Assembly: GCA_004431415.1 (NCBI GenBank)
Contig: QPMI01000555.1
Span: 1 to 64,000, forward strand
Reading direction: 5' to 3'
Origin: Cyanophora paradoxa CCMP329
Lineage: Eukaryota > Plantae > Glaucophyta
DNA length: 64,000 bases
The notes beneath the pieces were generated by a model, which searched no databases, was not told the DNA's origin, and saw only the letters and a program-made list of their open reading frames with translations. Shown in pieces: positions 9,376-21,178 of this stretch. A program made the position numbers and the translations under genes. How positions within the stretch are numbered: the first letter of the stretch is position 1; each line of letters starts with the position of its first letter.

Positions 9376-10161
9376 ATGTCGGATCAGCCCGCGGCTGTGC
9401 CCGGGGCGGCTCGCGCCGATGCTAAGCGCGGGCGGAGTGAGAGCGACTCCTCTGGGGAGGGGCCAGCGGCGAAGCGAGCGGTTGCTGGTTCGGAGCTCGA
9501 TCAGGTCGCGCACGGCGCCGTAGGTAGCGGGGCGACCGTGAGCGGCTTTGCGGACGATAGTGTTAGCGTCGGAGGAGATAGCGTGCAGTCCGCCGAGAGC
9601 GGGCCAGCGACGTTCCCGTTGTTGAGGACCCTCGGCGGCCTGTTGCGCGTCGCTGCTGCTATGTTCCGCGACGGAGTGGTGCGGGGGTATTTCTACGAGT
9701 TGCCTACGCCAGGTTGCGCTCAAGTGGCGAAGAAGAGTACGCTGGCGTTCTACGCCGTGCGCCGCGGCATCGTTCCCGGGATTTACTCTATCTGGTGCGC
9801 AGCACCTCCGCGCACGCTAGTCGTGCCCGATTTGGTGGGGGCTTATGACGTGGTACCGCCGGCGGTTCTGGCGGCGGCGTGGGCTCGGTGTTTGCAGGGA
9901 CAAGACCGCGACGTATCCGGGGCGGGAGTGCGCTCTGGCTCAGGTGTGGAGGGTGCCGGGCGTCCGGGGCTGTGATTCCCGGCGCTTCGTGACGCTTGAT
10001 CAGGCGATGGACTTCCTGGTGCGCCTAGCTGCGCAGTTGCGCCGGATCTGCATTCGCAGGCTGACTGCGGCTGGTTGCAGGAGGGCGATGGGACGGCTGA
10101 GAATGGGCTGGAGGCGATCCCGCACGAGCGGCCGGCGGGGCTGAAGTGCCCCTGGCAGTAG
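9376..10161 (+). CDS. Three-exon stand-alone viroplasmin / RNase H1 N-terminal (Cauli_VI) domain protein
   Basis: Exons 9376-9794, 9898-10018, 10081-10161; both introns GTGCGC...TGCAG. Spliced: FYAVRRGIVPGIYSIW|DK...ECALAQVWRVPG...RRFVTLDQAMDFL|EG..., matching FYAV..G..PGIY..W.EC..QV........F.T..EA..FL. Confidence 0.85.
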
Positions 10162-11229
10162 GGGTGCCGCCGCCGGTCAGTCGGCGTCCTCGGAGTCGGA
10201 CTCCATCGGCGGGTCAAGGAGGGGGCCCCGGGTTAGTGTAGCTTCGTTGCCAGAGCGGTGTATCGAGGCGATGAAGTCATCGGCGGTCCAGAGGCGCTGG
10301 CGCTGGGGCGCGGGCTCGGCGGGGGGGTCCTCGGGGTCAGTCTCTCAACTCTATATATATATATAGCTATAGCTAGAATTATGTCAGAACCGAAGGGAAT
10401 GCCGCAAGCAGCCGGTAGATCTTATATGATATTAATTACCCAGCGCAAACTTTCCGAACACTGGTGCCACTGGGCCAATTGCAAGATCTAGTCTCCATCA
10501 TCTAGAAGCACTGCCAACCGTTGAACCCTCAGGGCCTATATATCGTCCCTACTTAGGCTAATGACTCCCTAATAGTCCCTACCTAATAGTACCTATAGCT
10601 ATAGCTAGATTCTAGAGACGCCGGCCCGGCGGACCGACCGTCGGACGGTCTTTCGAAGTTCCGCAATTACTATAGACTATTTATAGTATGGTACAGTCGC
10701 TGTCAGTCGGGAGTAAATCGGGGTAAATCGGGATTAGCTCCATAGAGGCCTACCGGTTTCTCCCGGCCCCATTTCGTTTTTTGTATATATATTCTGTTGC
10801 TGGGCGGTGCAGGCGTTTTGTTTTTTGCAGGCGCCGGGCGGTGCCACTGCCACGGTGCGCATGCCAGGCGCCGGCAGCCGCCGCGGCCGGCGCCGCCGCG
10901 CGCCCGGCCCGCCGGCAGTGCCCGGCACTGCCCGGCAGGTCCGACGGTGCAGCCGCTGTACATGTCACCCGCTGAGCAGCCTGAGCAGGTCGACGTCGAC
11001 GCGAAGACGCCTGCAGCTGCAGCGCTGCAGCTGCGCAGCTGCTGGCTCCCGGGCCCCGGCGCGGGCCGGGCTTTGGGATCGTTCGTTCTCCCTAGGCCTG
11101 CTCTTCGTTCCCCGATTCTGCTTATGCAGCTCGTTGACGGTGACGCATCGATTTCAGAACCGCTGAGCGCAGCGCTGGCGCCGACCCCACGCGCGTGATT
11201 GAGCGGGGATGAGCCGGAACGCCAGATCC

Positions 11230-13499
11230 ATGGCAACGTCGGCGTCGGCCTCGCTTTTCTTCGGCACTCCCGTGTCGCTGGAGGTCGCAGTCGCCCACAT
11301 CCGCGCGGCAACGCGAGCAGCCGCGGCTGCGGCCGACGAGAGCTCGCGCGACGCGACCCGCAACGCAAGCCGCGGGTCCTCCGAAGATTCCTTCGACGCA
11401 TCGGACGCAGGAGAAGGTGCGCGAGCTCTCGCTCATCGATATCGTAAAGCACGGCCGGCGTCGGTCCGGTGCCGAGGCCTAGGGCGCGCGCGCTTTCACC
11501 GGACCCGGGATGCCTTTCGAGACCTGCAGCTGCTTTTTATAAGCGTTTGCTTTATTTGATGCGAGGTGACAGTCGACGTCGCCGCGCGCGCGCAGGCGCG
11601 GGGGGCTGGCTCGCCCTCAACATCGACGAGGCGGAGGCCGTCCTCGCCGCCGCCGCCGCCGCCGCCGCCGTCCCAGCCTCCCTCGGGCCCCTCACCCTCT
11701 GGGAGGTGCGCCCGCATGAGCGGAAATAATGCACTCCGCCCTGCTGTTTCGATCTCTAGTTTTGCAGCTCGTTGATTTAATTTGTAGGAAATTCGAAAGA
11801 GCTCGCTTATTTCTTGATATCGATCTGTCAACGTTTCCGGGATCCTTTCTTTCTGAGTGCAGTCCAACGGATATCACGGATACGTATCCTTCTTCAAACT
11901 GTTTCTGCCCTGTTTCCTCGGCCGTGTTGCCTTAAGCTTCCTGTGCCCGATTTGTGCTCCTCTTCTCTCAGAGTCTCTTGATATCTATACCTGCCCGATG
12001 TACATGTAGCTGTGCCCGATGCGATATCTTCTCTTGTCCCCCTCGATCGGTCTCCGTTCAACGGTTGTTCCTGTGCTTTTCTGCAGCTGTCTCCAGCGAT
12101 TTCCGGGCTGTCAGTACTAGTCCTTTCCTCGCCCGACAACTCTATAGCTATTTCGTTTAGCTGCACCGCTGCGAACTCGAGCTCCGAATCCCTTCAATTT
12201 CATGTCCTCTTTTCTTTCAAATTTCCCATCGGACGATCGCGGTCGATGCTCAGTCTGGCCGTCGACGGTTGCAATTGCGCAGCCGCTGAGCTGCCGGGCT
12301 GCGTGCAGCGTTGTTTCGGTTTCCTTTTCCTTTTCTACGCCCTCCAAGCCATTCCAGCATGCGTAGACCTCGCGATCAGTACCGGTGCTTCTCCGTCCTA
12401 AGAATTCGAATTTTAGAAGAACTCGTACTTTTCGCGTCTTAAAACGAGCTCGAGAGCTATATTTATGATTAGACACGCTAGCTATATATAAAGCGGTCGA
12501 GCTAGCGCTTCGGTTTCGACCGTCGGATGCCTTGGTGTGAGAGCGTTCGCTGAGTTGCCGTCGGCGTCGCGCAGGAATTCGAGGGCGGCGGCGGCGGCGG
12601 CGGCGGCGCGGACGACGCCGAAGCCGACGGCAGCGCGGGCGGCGCGCCGCCCGATCGCGAGCCGGCGCCCGCGCAGCTGCAGGCGCAGCCGCATCCACGG
12701 CCAGCTGCGGACGCTCGTGTCGGAACCGAAGGTGCGCGTGGATGCACGCCCCGCCCTCGGCTCGCGCTCGTGCCAGCACTCGGCTCGGCCAACGTGCCCG
12801 GCGGTACCGCGCGCAGCGGCAGGCGCAGGGGGCGTTGCGGCGCCGCGCTGTCGCGAAGGCGAGTGGGGCAGCTCCGGATCCTCGAGCCCCGCCCTGGTCA
12901 GTGCGATCGCAATCGGCGTCCCAGGTCAACCTTTTAGGGGACCATCGCGAGATCTAATCTAAGAGCGGCGCCGGCGCCTCGGATTCGAATTCGATCGATG
13001 TCGCGAGCCGCCGCTGGTCACAGATCGGCGAGAAGCGGTGGCGCGCCGACGTCCCCGCGCGTACAATTAATTCACTTCAGCTTGATAATTATTATTATAA
13101 TTAGCGCCCTTGCACCCCGACCTACCGCTGCGGCTCCAGCCCAATGCGACCGAGCGCTTCTGACGCCTCTGTGTCTCCCCAGGCGTACGTCGCGTTTAAG
13201 CAGCACGCGGCCTTCCTCCTGGAGCCCGCTCCCCAACCGGCGCCCGCCCCCGCCGCCTCAGGCCCCGGCCGCGGCCGCGGCCGCATGGCCCACTGCCACG
13301 TCCCCGCCCCCGTCCTCAGGGTCCTCTCCCCGCTCCCGCTTTCTTTCCCACCGCATCGGCGCCTCGTGATCATGATCGCGTGCGAGGGTGACAGATCGAC
13401 GAGGCGGCGGCGCGGGAGGCCCTCGCCGGCGTCTGCCGCGCCCTCGGCATCCCCCTCGACCCGCCCTCCATCGGCTGGCACCTCCTCCTCCGCCGCTAG
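11230..13499 (+). CDS. Orphan 4-exon gene A, copy 1 (~180 aa)
   Basis: MATSASASLFFGTPV...DAGE|GAGGWLALNIDEAEAVL...LTLWE|AYVAFKQHAAFLLEP...PAPVLR|IDEAAAREALAGVCRALGIPLDPPSIGWHLLLRR*. Splice sites conserved in all four copies; intron 2 is ~1.5 kb. Confidence 0.6.
11720..12930 (-). pseudogene. Degenerate antisense gene relic nested in intron 2 of gene A (also ~16.6-17.8, 21.65-22.9, 25.9-27.1 kb)
   Basis: Related peptides (LEFLRDADGNSANALTPRHP; DREVYACWNGLE; QLNEIDLELSDEERTS; LHPERKETLTD) occur in every unit but with different frameshifts. Confidence 0.5.
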
Positions 13500-13851
13500 C
13501 CCGCCGGCCCCGCCCCGCCCCGCACCCCTTCCCTCGAGCTCGGCCTTCTCTGCAGCTGGCGCCGGCCGCTTCCCTCCGTTCCGATCATGACCGTGATCAT
13601 GACCGCGGCCTCCGCGCCCGCGGCCGTGCCCAGCGCCGCCGCAGCCGCGACACTATGCGAGTTCCGTCACCTAAAATAGAGTTGCCAGCTGACGTCGACT
13701 GTTATTTGATTCCGGATCCCATCAAAGTAGACCCTTACAGTTTAACGCAGTACTAGTTGCTTTGAATTCTACATCTTTCAAATTTGATACGTATACTGAC
13801 CTTGTTAGCTTTATATTGCCTGATTATTGCCGAGTCGTAGTGTGTGCACTT

Positions 13852-14567
13852 AAGCTTCACACACGCCTCATCAAGGAGAAGACCGACTACGACAAAATCA
13901 TGGTTCGAGCCCCGGCGGGGCGGTTTCTGGGCGCCCGGCCCACCGTACCCCCCTCCAGGTCGAGAAGCTGCTCTGGATCGCCGTGAACACGGCTGCCTCG
14001 GCGGCAAGTACGGCCTCCCCTGCGGTGCGCGCCGGCGTCCCAGTACCCCCATGAAATCCTCCCGTACCCCCCCCCCCCGAGCGCCGGCGCAGGCGTCATC
14101 GCACGGGAGCACCGCGAGGAGCTCGACGAGCTCACGATGGAGCTCGCCGGTGCGGGGGGATACGCCGTTCTCACTCCGCGCGCCGTACCCCCCCCCCCAT
14201 CTCAACTGACGCCGTACCCCCAGGCGTGGCGGAGGAGGCGCTGAAGCTGAAGCTCGACCCGGGCCTCTGCCAGCGGCTGGGTACGCCCTCCAGCTAGCCA
14301 GCCAGAAGGCTCCGGGCCGCCCCGACGCTCACTCCCCCCCCTCCCCCCCTCGCACCGCAGTGGACTACTCGGGCAGCGTCTCCCACTTCATGTGCTCCGT
14401 GAAGGTCCGTACCCCTCCCTCCCCCTCCCCCTACCCCTCCTCCCCCCCCCCATTTTTTGCCGCAGGAGTTCGAGTGGCGGAACGGCTGGTTCGTGACTCT
14501 CTCAGTGAAGCAGGACACGAGCCCGCTGCACATGCAGTACCTCCGCGCCCTCGGCTTCGTCAACTGA
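13852..14567 (+). pseudogene. 3' half of an At1g16080-like (ketopantoate-reductase-like fold) gene, copy 1
   Basis: Spliced YDKIM|VEKLLWIAVNGCLGGKYGLPC|GVIAREHREELDELTMELA|GVAEEALKLKLDPGLCQRL|VDYSGSVSHFMCSVK|EFEWRNGWF...PLHMQYLRALGFVN* matches the recalled EKLIW...ERLCAYSRAVSHFPTAVKEFKWRNGWF...PLH signature. No N-terminal half; this copy has a 2-nt insertion at ~13987. Confidence 0.8.
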
Positions 14568-16138
14568 GGGCGGCCGCGGACGGTGGGCCGGATCGCCCGG
14601 CTCGCTCAGCTCCTCGCTCCACTTGTTTCTTTCTTTTCGATTGAGCTTCGGAATGTTCCCATCGAGCTTAAGCTTCGGAACGACTTACCCAATTATTAAT
14701 AGAGGCTGCAATTGTACGGCGCTAGATCGTCCAGGGCGGCCGGGCGGGTTCTAGAGGGTCTCCGGCGCTCTTCAGGACTCCCGGAGTTGTCTCGGAGTAC
14801 TAATAGCTCGGGGTAGCTCGGAGTATCCACCCGCGTCCCCGCCGGGCCGTTCTTGTCCCGGCCAGAACTAGCTGTCCCGGGAGAGGCCCGGAGAGCCAGC
14901 CGCTGAGCTGCCGCAGTGCAGGTGATTGCGCGACGTCGACCGCATGGACGCAACGTCGCAACCGCGCCCGTGCGGCCGCACCTCTGAATTTGATTGCGAG
15001 AATTTGATCAAATAGCCTCGCATGTTTTATATGATCGACCGTCGGACTCTCTGATGATCATGATCATGATCAGACTCTCACTGAGTCACTGAGTCAGTGA
15101 TATCATGATCATGTATGATCGATATACTGTATCACCCATGGCCATGGCCAGCGCTAGCTGCTCGTAGCTTTTTAAACTCATGATCAGTGACTTGCAAATT
15201 GGGATCCGGATCGATCGATCGCGACACGCATATGTCGACATGGACATCGGACCTCCTCGTCGAGTCCTCGATGCGATGGAGGATCATGATCATGGAGCCC
15301 ACGAGTCGACACTTACTCGACAGTGATCACGAGCCTGACACGAGGAGCCTCGGAGCCCCGTACGCGTACGCGTGCGATGGAGGCTGTAGCTATGACGCTG
15401 CTAGGTACAGTCGCTGCTAGGTCCATAGGGTGTGTGGGCCCTGAATATCCTCTACCCCCCGCTCCACAAAGGGGCTGGGGCCAGGCTGGGGATCGAGACT
15501 CGCGAGTACGTTCACAATCCCGGCCCGTTTCTCTCCTCTCCGGAATCCGGATCCCATCCCAGCCGCGGAGTCCCCGCGCGGCCGCGGAGAATCGCCGGAG
15601 AGTCGGCGCGGCGACTCCCCGCGCGGAGAGTCGGACTCGAGCGACGGAGACTCCCCGGAGGGCCGGAGAGTCACTGTGTGACTCACTGAGTCACTGAGCG
15701 AGTCTGAGACTCTGAGTCCCCTTTAGACTTCCCTAGGCCTCGGGCCTCGGCCCTCGAGTCCCTTAACTTAGGCTCCTTAGCTCGACTTCCCTCCGAGCGG
15801 CCTCTCGATCTAACGGGTTTTAACCTCAGTAAGCTCCCATAGAGGCATATCTTCCCTTTTTCGCTGGATGACGCGAGCGTGGCCGCGGCAGGTCACGATC
15901 GACGACTCGACGTGCAGTCGACGCGTCGACGTCTGCAGCTGCAGCCGGCCTGCAGCTGCGCAGCTGGCTCCCGGCGCGGGCCGGGTTGCACTGTGGGATC
16001 GTTCGTTCTCCGTGCTCTTCATTCCTCGATTCTGCTTAAGCAGCTCATTGACGGCGACGCATCGATTTCAGAGGCGCTGATCGCAGCGCCGACCCTGCGC
16101 GCGTGATCGAGGTCGGGATGAGCCGGCACGCCAGATCC

Positions 16139-18348
16139 ATGGCAACGTCGGCGTCGACCTCGCTTTTCTTCGGCGCTCCCGTCTCGCTGGAGGTCGCGGT
16201 CGCCCACATCCGCGCGGCAACGCGAGCTGCCGCGGCCGCGGCCGACGAGAACTCGCGCGACGCGACCCGCAACGCAAGCCGCGGGTCCTCTGAAGATTCC
16301 TTCGACGCATCGGACGCAGGAGAAGGTGCGCGCGCTCTCGCTCATCGATATCGTTAAGCTCGATCGGCCTCGGTCCGGCGCCGAGGGCGCGCGCTTGCCC
16401 CGGATCCGGATGTCTTTCGAGACCTGCATGCGACTGCTTCTTCCGCTTTAATTTGTCACGTTGCCGTCCGCGCGCAGGCGCGGGGGGCTGGCTCGCCCTC
16501 AACATCGACGAGGCAGAGGCCGTCCTCGCCGCCGCCGCCGCCGCCGCCGCCGTCCCCGCCTCCCTCGGGCCCCTCACCCTCTGGGAGGTGCGCCCGCATG
16601 CATAGAAATAATGGTCTCCGCCCTGCTGTTCCGATTTCTTGAGTTTCGCCGCTCGTTTATTTGATCTGTAGGATCCGGAAATGGGAGCTCGAGCTCGCTG
16701 ATTTCTTGATCTGTCAACGTTTCCTTTCTTTCTGGGTGCAGGGCATCCTTCTTCAATATGCTGCTGCCCTGTTTCGTCGACCGTGTTGCCTTCCAATTCC
16801 ATTCGTTCTCCTCTTCTCTCTTTCGACATCTGCCCGATGTACATGAGCCCGATGCGATGACTTCTTTTCTCCCTCGATCGGTCTCCGTTGTTCCTGTGCT
16901 TTTCTGCAGCTGCCTCGAGCGATTTTCGGGCTGTCAGTACGTATACTAGTCCTTTCCTCGTCCGACAACTCTAGGTCTATTTCGTTTAGCTGCACCGCTT
17001 CGAACTCCAGCTCCGGATCCCTTCAATTTCCTTTCCTCTATTCGAATTTCCCATCGGACGATCGCGGTCGATGCTCAGTCGGGCCGTCGACGGTTGCGGC
17101 CCCGCCCGCGGCCCACCCCGAGCCTCGCCAGGCCCGAGCTGCGCGCAGCGTTGTTTCGGTTTCCTTTTCCTTTTCTGCGGCCTCCAAGCCATTCCAGCAT
17201 GCGTATACCTCGCGATCAGTACCGCTGCTTCTCGGTCCTCCTAAGAATTCGAATTTTCGAACAACTCGTACTTTTCGCGTCGTAGACCGAACTCGAGAGC
17301 TTTGTAGAAGGCCGTGGCTAGACGCGCTAGCGTTTGAGCTTCGGTTTCGAACATCGGATGCCTTGGTGTGAGAGCATTCGCTGAGTTGCCGTCGGCGTCG
17401 CGCAGGAATTCGAGGTCGGCGGCGGCGGCGGCGGCGGCGAGGACGACGCCGAAGCCGACGGCAGCGCGGGCGGCGCGCCGCCCGATCGCGAGCCGGCGCC
17501 CGCGCAGCTGCAGCTGCAGGCGCAGCCGCATCCACGGCCAGCTGCGGACGCTCGCGCCGGAACCGAAGGTGCGCGCGGATGCACGCCCCCTCGGCTCGCG
17601 ATCGCGCTGGCGCTCGGCTCGGCCAACGTGCCCGGCGGTACCGCGCGCAGCGGCAGGCGCAGGGGGCGTTGCGGCGCCGCGCTGTCGCGAAGGCGAGTGG
17701 GGCAGCTCCGGATCCGGATCCTCGAGCCCCGTCCTGGTCAGTGCGATCGCAGTCGGCGTCCCAGGGCAAGCTTGAAGCTTTAAGGGGACTATCGCGAGAT
17801 CTAATTTATAAGAGTGGCGCCGGCGCCTCGGATTCGAATTCGATCGCGAGCTACGAGCCGCCGCTGGATCCGGACACGGATCGGAGAGAAGCGATGGCGC
17901 GCCGACGTCCCCGCGCGTCCTAATAATAATTATAATTATAATTAGCTCCCTTGCACCCCGAGCTAGCGCTGCGGCGCCAGCCCAATGCGACCGAGCGCCT
18001 CTGACGCCTCTGTGCCTCTGCGCAGGCGTACGTGGCGTTTAAGCAGCACGCGGCCTTCCTCCTGGAGCCGGCGCCCGATCGCGAACCGGCGCCCGTCCCC
18101 GGTGCTTCGAATTCGAGCTCCGGCCGCGGCCGCGGCCGCATGGCCCACTGCCACGTCCCCGCCCCCGTCCTCAGGGTCCTCTCCCCGCTCCCGCTTTCTT
18201 TCCCACCGCATCGGCGCCTCGTGATCGCGTGCGGGGGCGGCAGATCGACGAGGCGGCGGCGCGGGCGGCCCTCGCCGGCGTCTGCCGCGCCCTCGTCATC
18301 CCCCTCGACCCGCCCTCCATCGGCTGGCACCTCCTCCTCCGCCGCTAG
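16139..18348 (+). CDS. Orphan gene A, copy 2
   Basis: Same exon structure as copy 1. Confidence 0.55.
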
Positions 18349-18700
18349 CCCGCCGGCCCCGCCCCGCCCCGCACCCCTTCCCTCGAGCTCGGCCTTCTCT
18401 GCAGCTGGCGCCGGCCGCTTCCCTCCGTTCCGATCATGACCGTGATCATGACCGCGGCCTCCGCGCCCGCGGCCGTGCCCAGCGCCGCCGCAGCCGCGAC
18501 ACTATGCGAGTTCCGTCACCTAAAATAGAGTTGCCAGCTGACGTCGACTGTTATTTGATTCCGGATCCCATCAAAGTAGACCCTTACAGTTTAACGCAGT
18601 ACTAGTTGCTTTGAATTCTACATCTTTCAAATTTGATACGTATACTGACCTTGTTAGCTTTATATTGCCTGATTATTGCCGAGTCGTAGTGTGTGCACTT

Positions 18701-20150
18701 AAGCTTCACACACGCCTCATCAAGGAGAAGACCGACTACGACAAAATCATGGTTCGAGCCCCGGCGGGGCGGTTTCTGGGCGCCCGGCCCACCGTACCCC
18801 CCTCCAGGTCGAGAAGCTGCTCTGGATCGCCGTGAACGGCTGCCTCGGCGGCAAGTACGGCCTCCCCTGCGGTGCGCGCCGGCGTCCCAGTACCCCCATG
18901 AAATCCTCCCGTACCCCCCCCCCCCGAGCGCCGGTGCAGGCGTCATCGCGCGGGAGCACCGCGATCGCGAGGAGCTCGACGAGCTCACGATGGAGCTCGC
19001 CGGTGCGGCGGGATACGCCGTTCTCACTCCGCGCGCCGTACCCCCCCCATCTCAAATGACGCCGTACCCCCAGGCGTGGCGGAGGAGGCGCTGAAGCTGA
19101 AGCTCGACCCGGGCCTCTGCCAGCGGCTGGGTACGCCCTCCAGCTAGCCAGCCAGAAGGCTCAGAGCCGCCCCGACGCTCACTCCCCCCCCTCCCCCTCC
19201 TCTCCCCCCTCCCCCCCCCCCCCCTTCGCCGCAGTGGACTACTCGGCAGCGTCTCCCACTTCATGTGCTCTGTGAAGGTCCGTACCCTTCCCTCCCCCTC
19301 CCCCTACCTCCCCCCCCCCTTTTTTTTGGAAAGCCTGTTGCATTCGTACACACTTGACAACAGTCCCCCGCTCCTCGCCTACCGGATACTGGGATGCTGA
19401 CTGCAGGAGGAGATAGATGACAAGAGTGCTACAGCTAGTAGTCGTGTCGAGCTGGTGCTTGAGCTGTAGTCTACCGAGTCGCCTCCAGAACATAATATGC
19501 GCCGGTCCTCTAGCAGTGAGCGCGGCATTATGAGCTGCACGGTCCTAGATGCCCGCTTGCTGTCTCGTAGAACTTGGCCGTGGTGCGCTGTGTCCTATCT
19601 AATAATGGGGGAGATGCGGTAGGGAAGAGGGTCCGCGGTGTCGTCGCGCCCGTCGTCGTCGCCGCCGTTCGAAGTCCAGCTCCGACCAGTAGGACGAGGC
19701 GCCGCGCTCCGAGACCTGCGCCACCCCCCCCCCCCTCCCCCCTCCCTCCCCCCCACCCCTTCCCTCCCCCCCTCCCCCCGGACCTCCTCGCTAGCCCCTG
19801 TATTTCAGGATGTCGTGCCCCGAGGGGTCGACATGAAGGAAGTGATATGTAGCTGACAAGCGCAGTGATGAGCTGAGTAGTTGGCGGGCGTATCTGGAGG
19901 GGCAGAGCAGATGTGGGAGACGGGCCGGGCCTGTAGGGGTGATCGCACAGCCGCACATGGACGACGGTGGATGCGGCGGCAGCCGCAGGTTGCGCACATG
20001 TCTGGGTCCGTACCCCTCCCTCCCCCCCCCCCTACCCCCCCCCCCCCATTTTTGCCGCAGGAGTTCGAGTGGCGGAACGGCTGGTTCGTGAAGCAGGACA
20101 CGAGCCCGCTGCACATGCAGTACCTCCGCGCCCTCGGCTTCGTCAACTGA
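18701..20150 (+). pseudogene. At1g16080-like 3' fragment, copy 2, with a retroposon in its last intron
   Basis: Near-identical to copy 1; last exon EFEWRNGWF displaced to 20061-20150. Confidence 0.8.
19320..20005 (-). mobile_element. 5'-truncated non-LTR retroposon fragment (~690 bp) with poly(A) and ~43-bp TSD
   Basis: T-run 19320-19327; GGTCCGTACCC...CCCCTACC...CCCC duplicated at ~19277-19319 and ~20006-20047; absent from the same intron in units 1 and 3; begins in a Cys/His-rich ORF tail (MCATCGC...HHCAC). Confidence 0.8.
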
Positions 20151-21178
20151 GGGCGGGGGTGGCCATGGGCCGGCTCGCCCGGCTCGCTCAGCTCAGCGGC
20201 TCCTCCGAGGCTCGCGATCGCTTGATCGCGACTTGTTTCTCTCTTTTCAATGAAACTCCCCATATATGCACGGCCAATATCAATTGCATTGAATTTCGCA
20301 ACCCGTCGCCGGGCCGTCGGCGCCGTCGCTAACAAACCCGCGGCAGCCACGCGCGGGCCGCCGCCGGCGCGGCCGGGTCGCCGCCGGCCCGCACGCAGCG
20401 CAGCGCGCGCCGCGCGCACGCGCACTGCGCAGCGCGCCTGAGCCAGTGAGCGCGGCCGCAACTTGCAATTGCAAGTTGCAATCGGCAATATTATATTAAT
20501 GGTCGGCGCCCGGCCGGCACGGCCGCAAGTTGCAATTGGCATTTAATGTCTTACTGAGAACAGTAATTTAATACAGATCGTGATCATGATCATGACTCAG
20601 TGATCACGAGGAGCCCCGTGCGATGGAAAGCTTCAGTCGCGTCGATCGGGTACCCCAATTTATTTTCCATTTCGCGACGACTGTAGCCCCCCAAATTACT
20701 TCCCCCGGGCCCCATGCCGGCGCCATGGCCATGGCGCCGGCCAAATTAAAGATGTAGATTTAGATCGACCTCGAGTCACCGAGTTCGCACGCCGATTCTC
20801 TCCGATTCCGGGCCCCGCGGCCGGCCGCGGAGGCTGCGGAGCCCCCTAGGCCTCTAGATCTCGATCTAAGCTCCCAAAGCCTCCCATATGCATATCTTCT
20901 GTGATGACGCGATCGAGCGCAGCAGGTCGTCGTGTCGACGTCTGCAGCGGCAGCTGCGCAGCTGGCGCCCGGCGCCCGGCGGCCCATTTCGACTAAACTC
21001 TGCAATTGGGATCGTTCGTTCTCCCTGCTCGCTCTTATTTCCCAGCCCCGCTTCTGCTTATGCAGCACTTCCTTCATTGACGGCGACGCATCGATTTCAG
21101 AGCCGCTGATCGCAGCGCCGACATCGCGCGCGCGCGTGATTGAGGTCGGGGATGAGCCGGCCGCGGCACGCCAGATCC

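Larger units (their letters stand above)
6459..10336 (-). mobile_element. Poly(A)-tailed, TSD-flanked, apparently 5'-truncated retroposed element carrying two intron-containing genes
   Basis: TCAGTCTCTCAACTCT at 6443-6458 and 10337-10352; T14 at 6458-6471; minus-strand 5' end begins mid-ORF (PEDPPAEPAPQRQRLWTADDFIASIHRSGNEATLTR...). Confidence 0.85.

Noticed and set aside
8494-9723. 409-aa ORF
   Set aside because: Reads through the promoter and introns; the spliced model from ATG 9234 fits splice signals and yields an AT-hook
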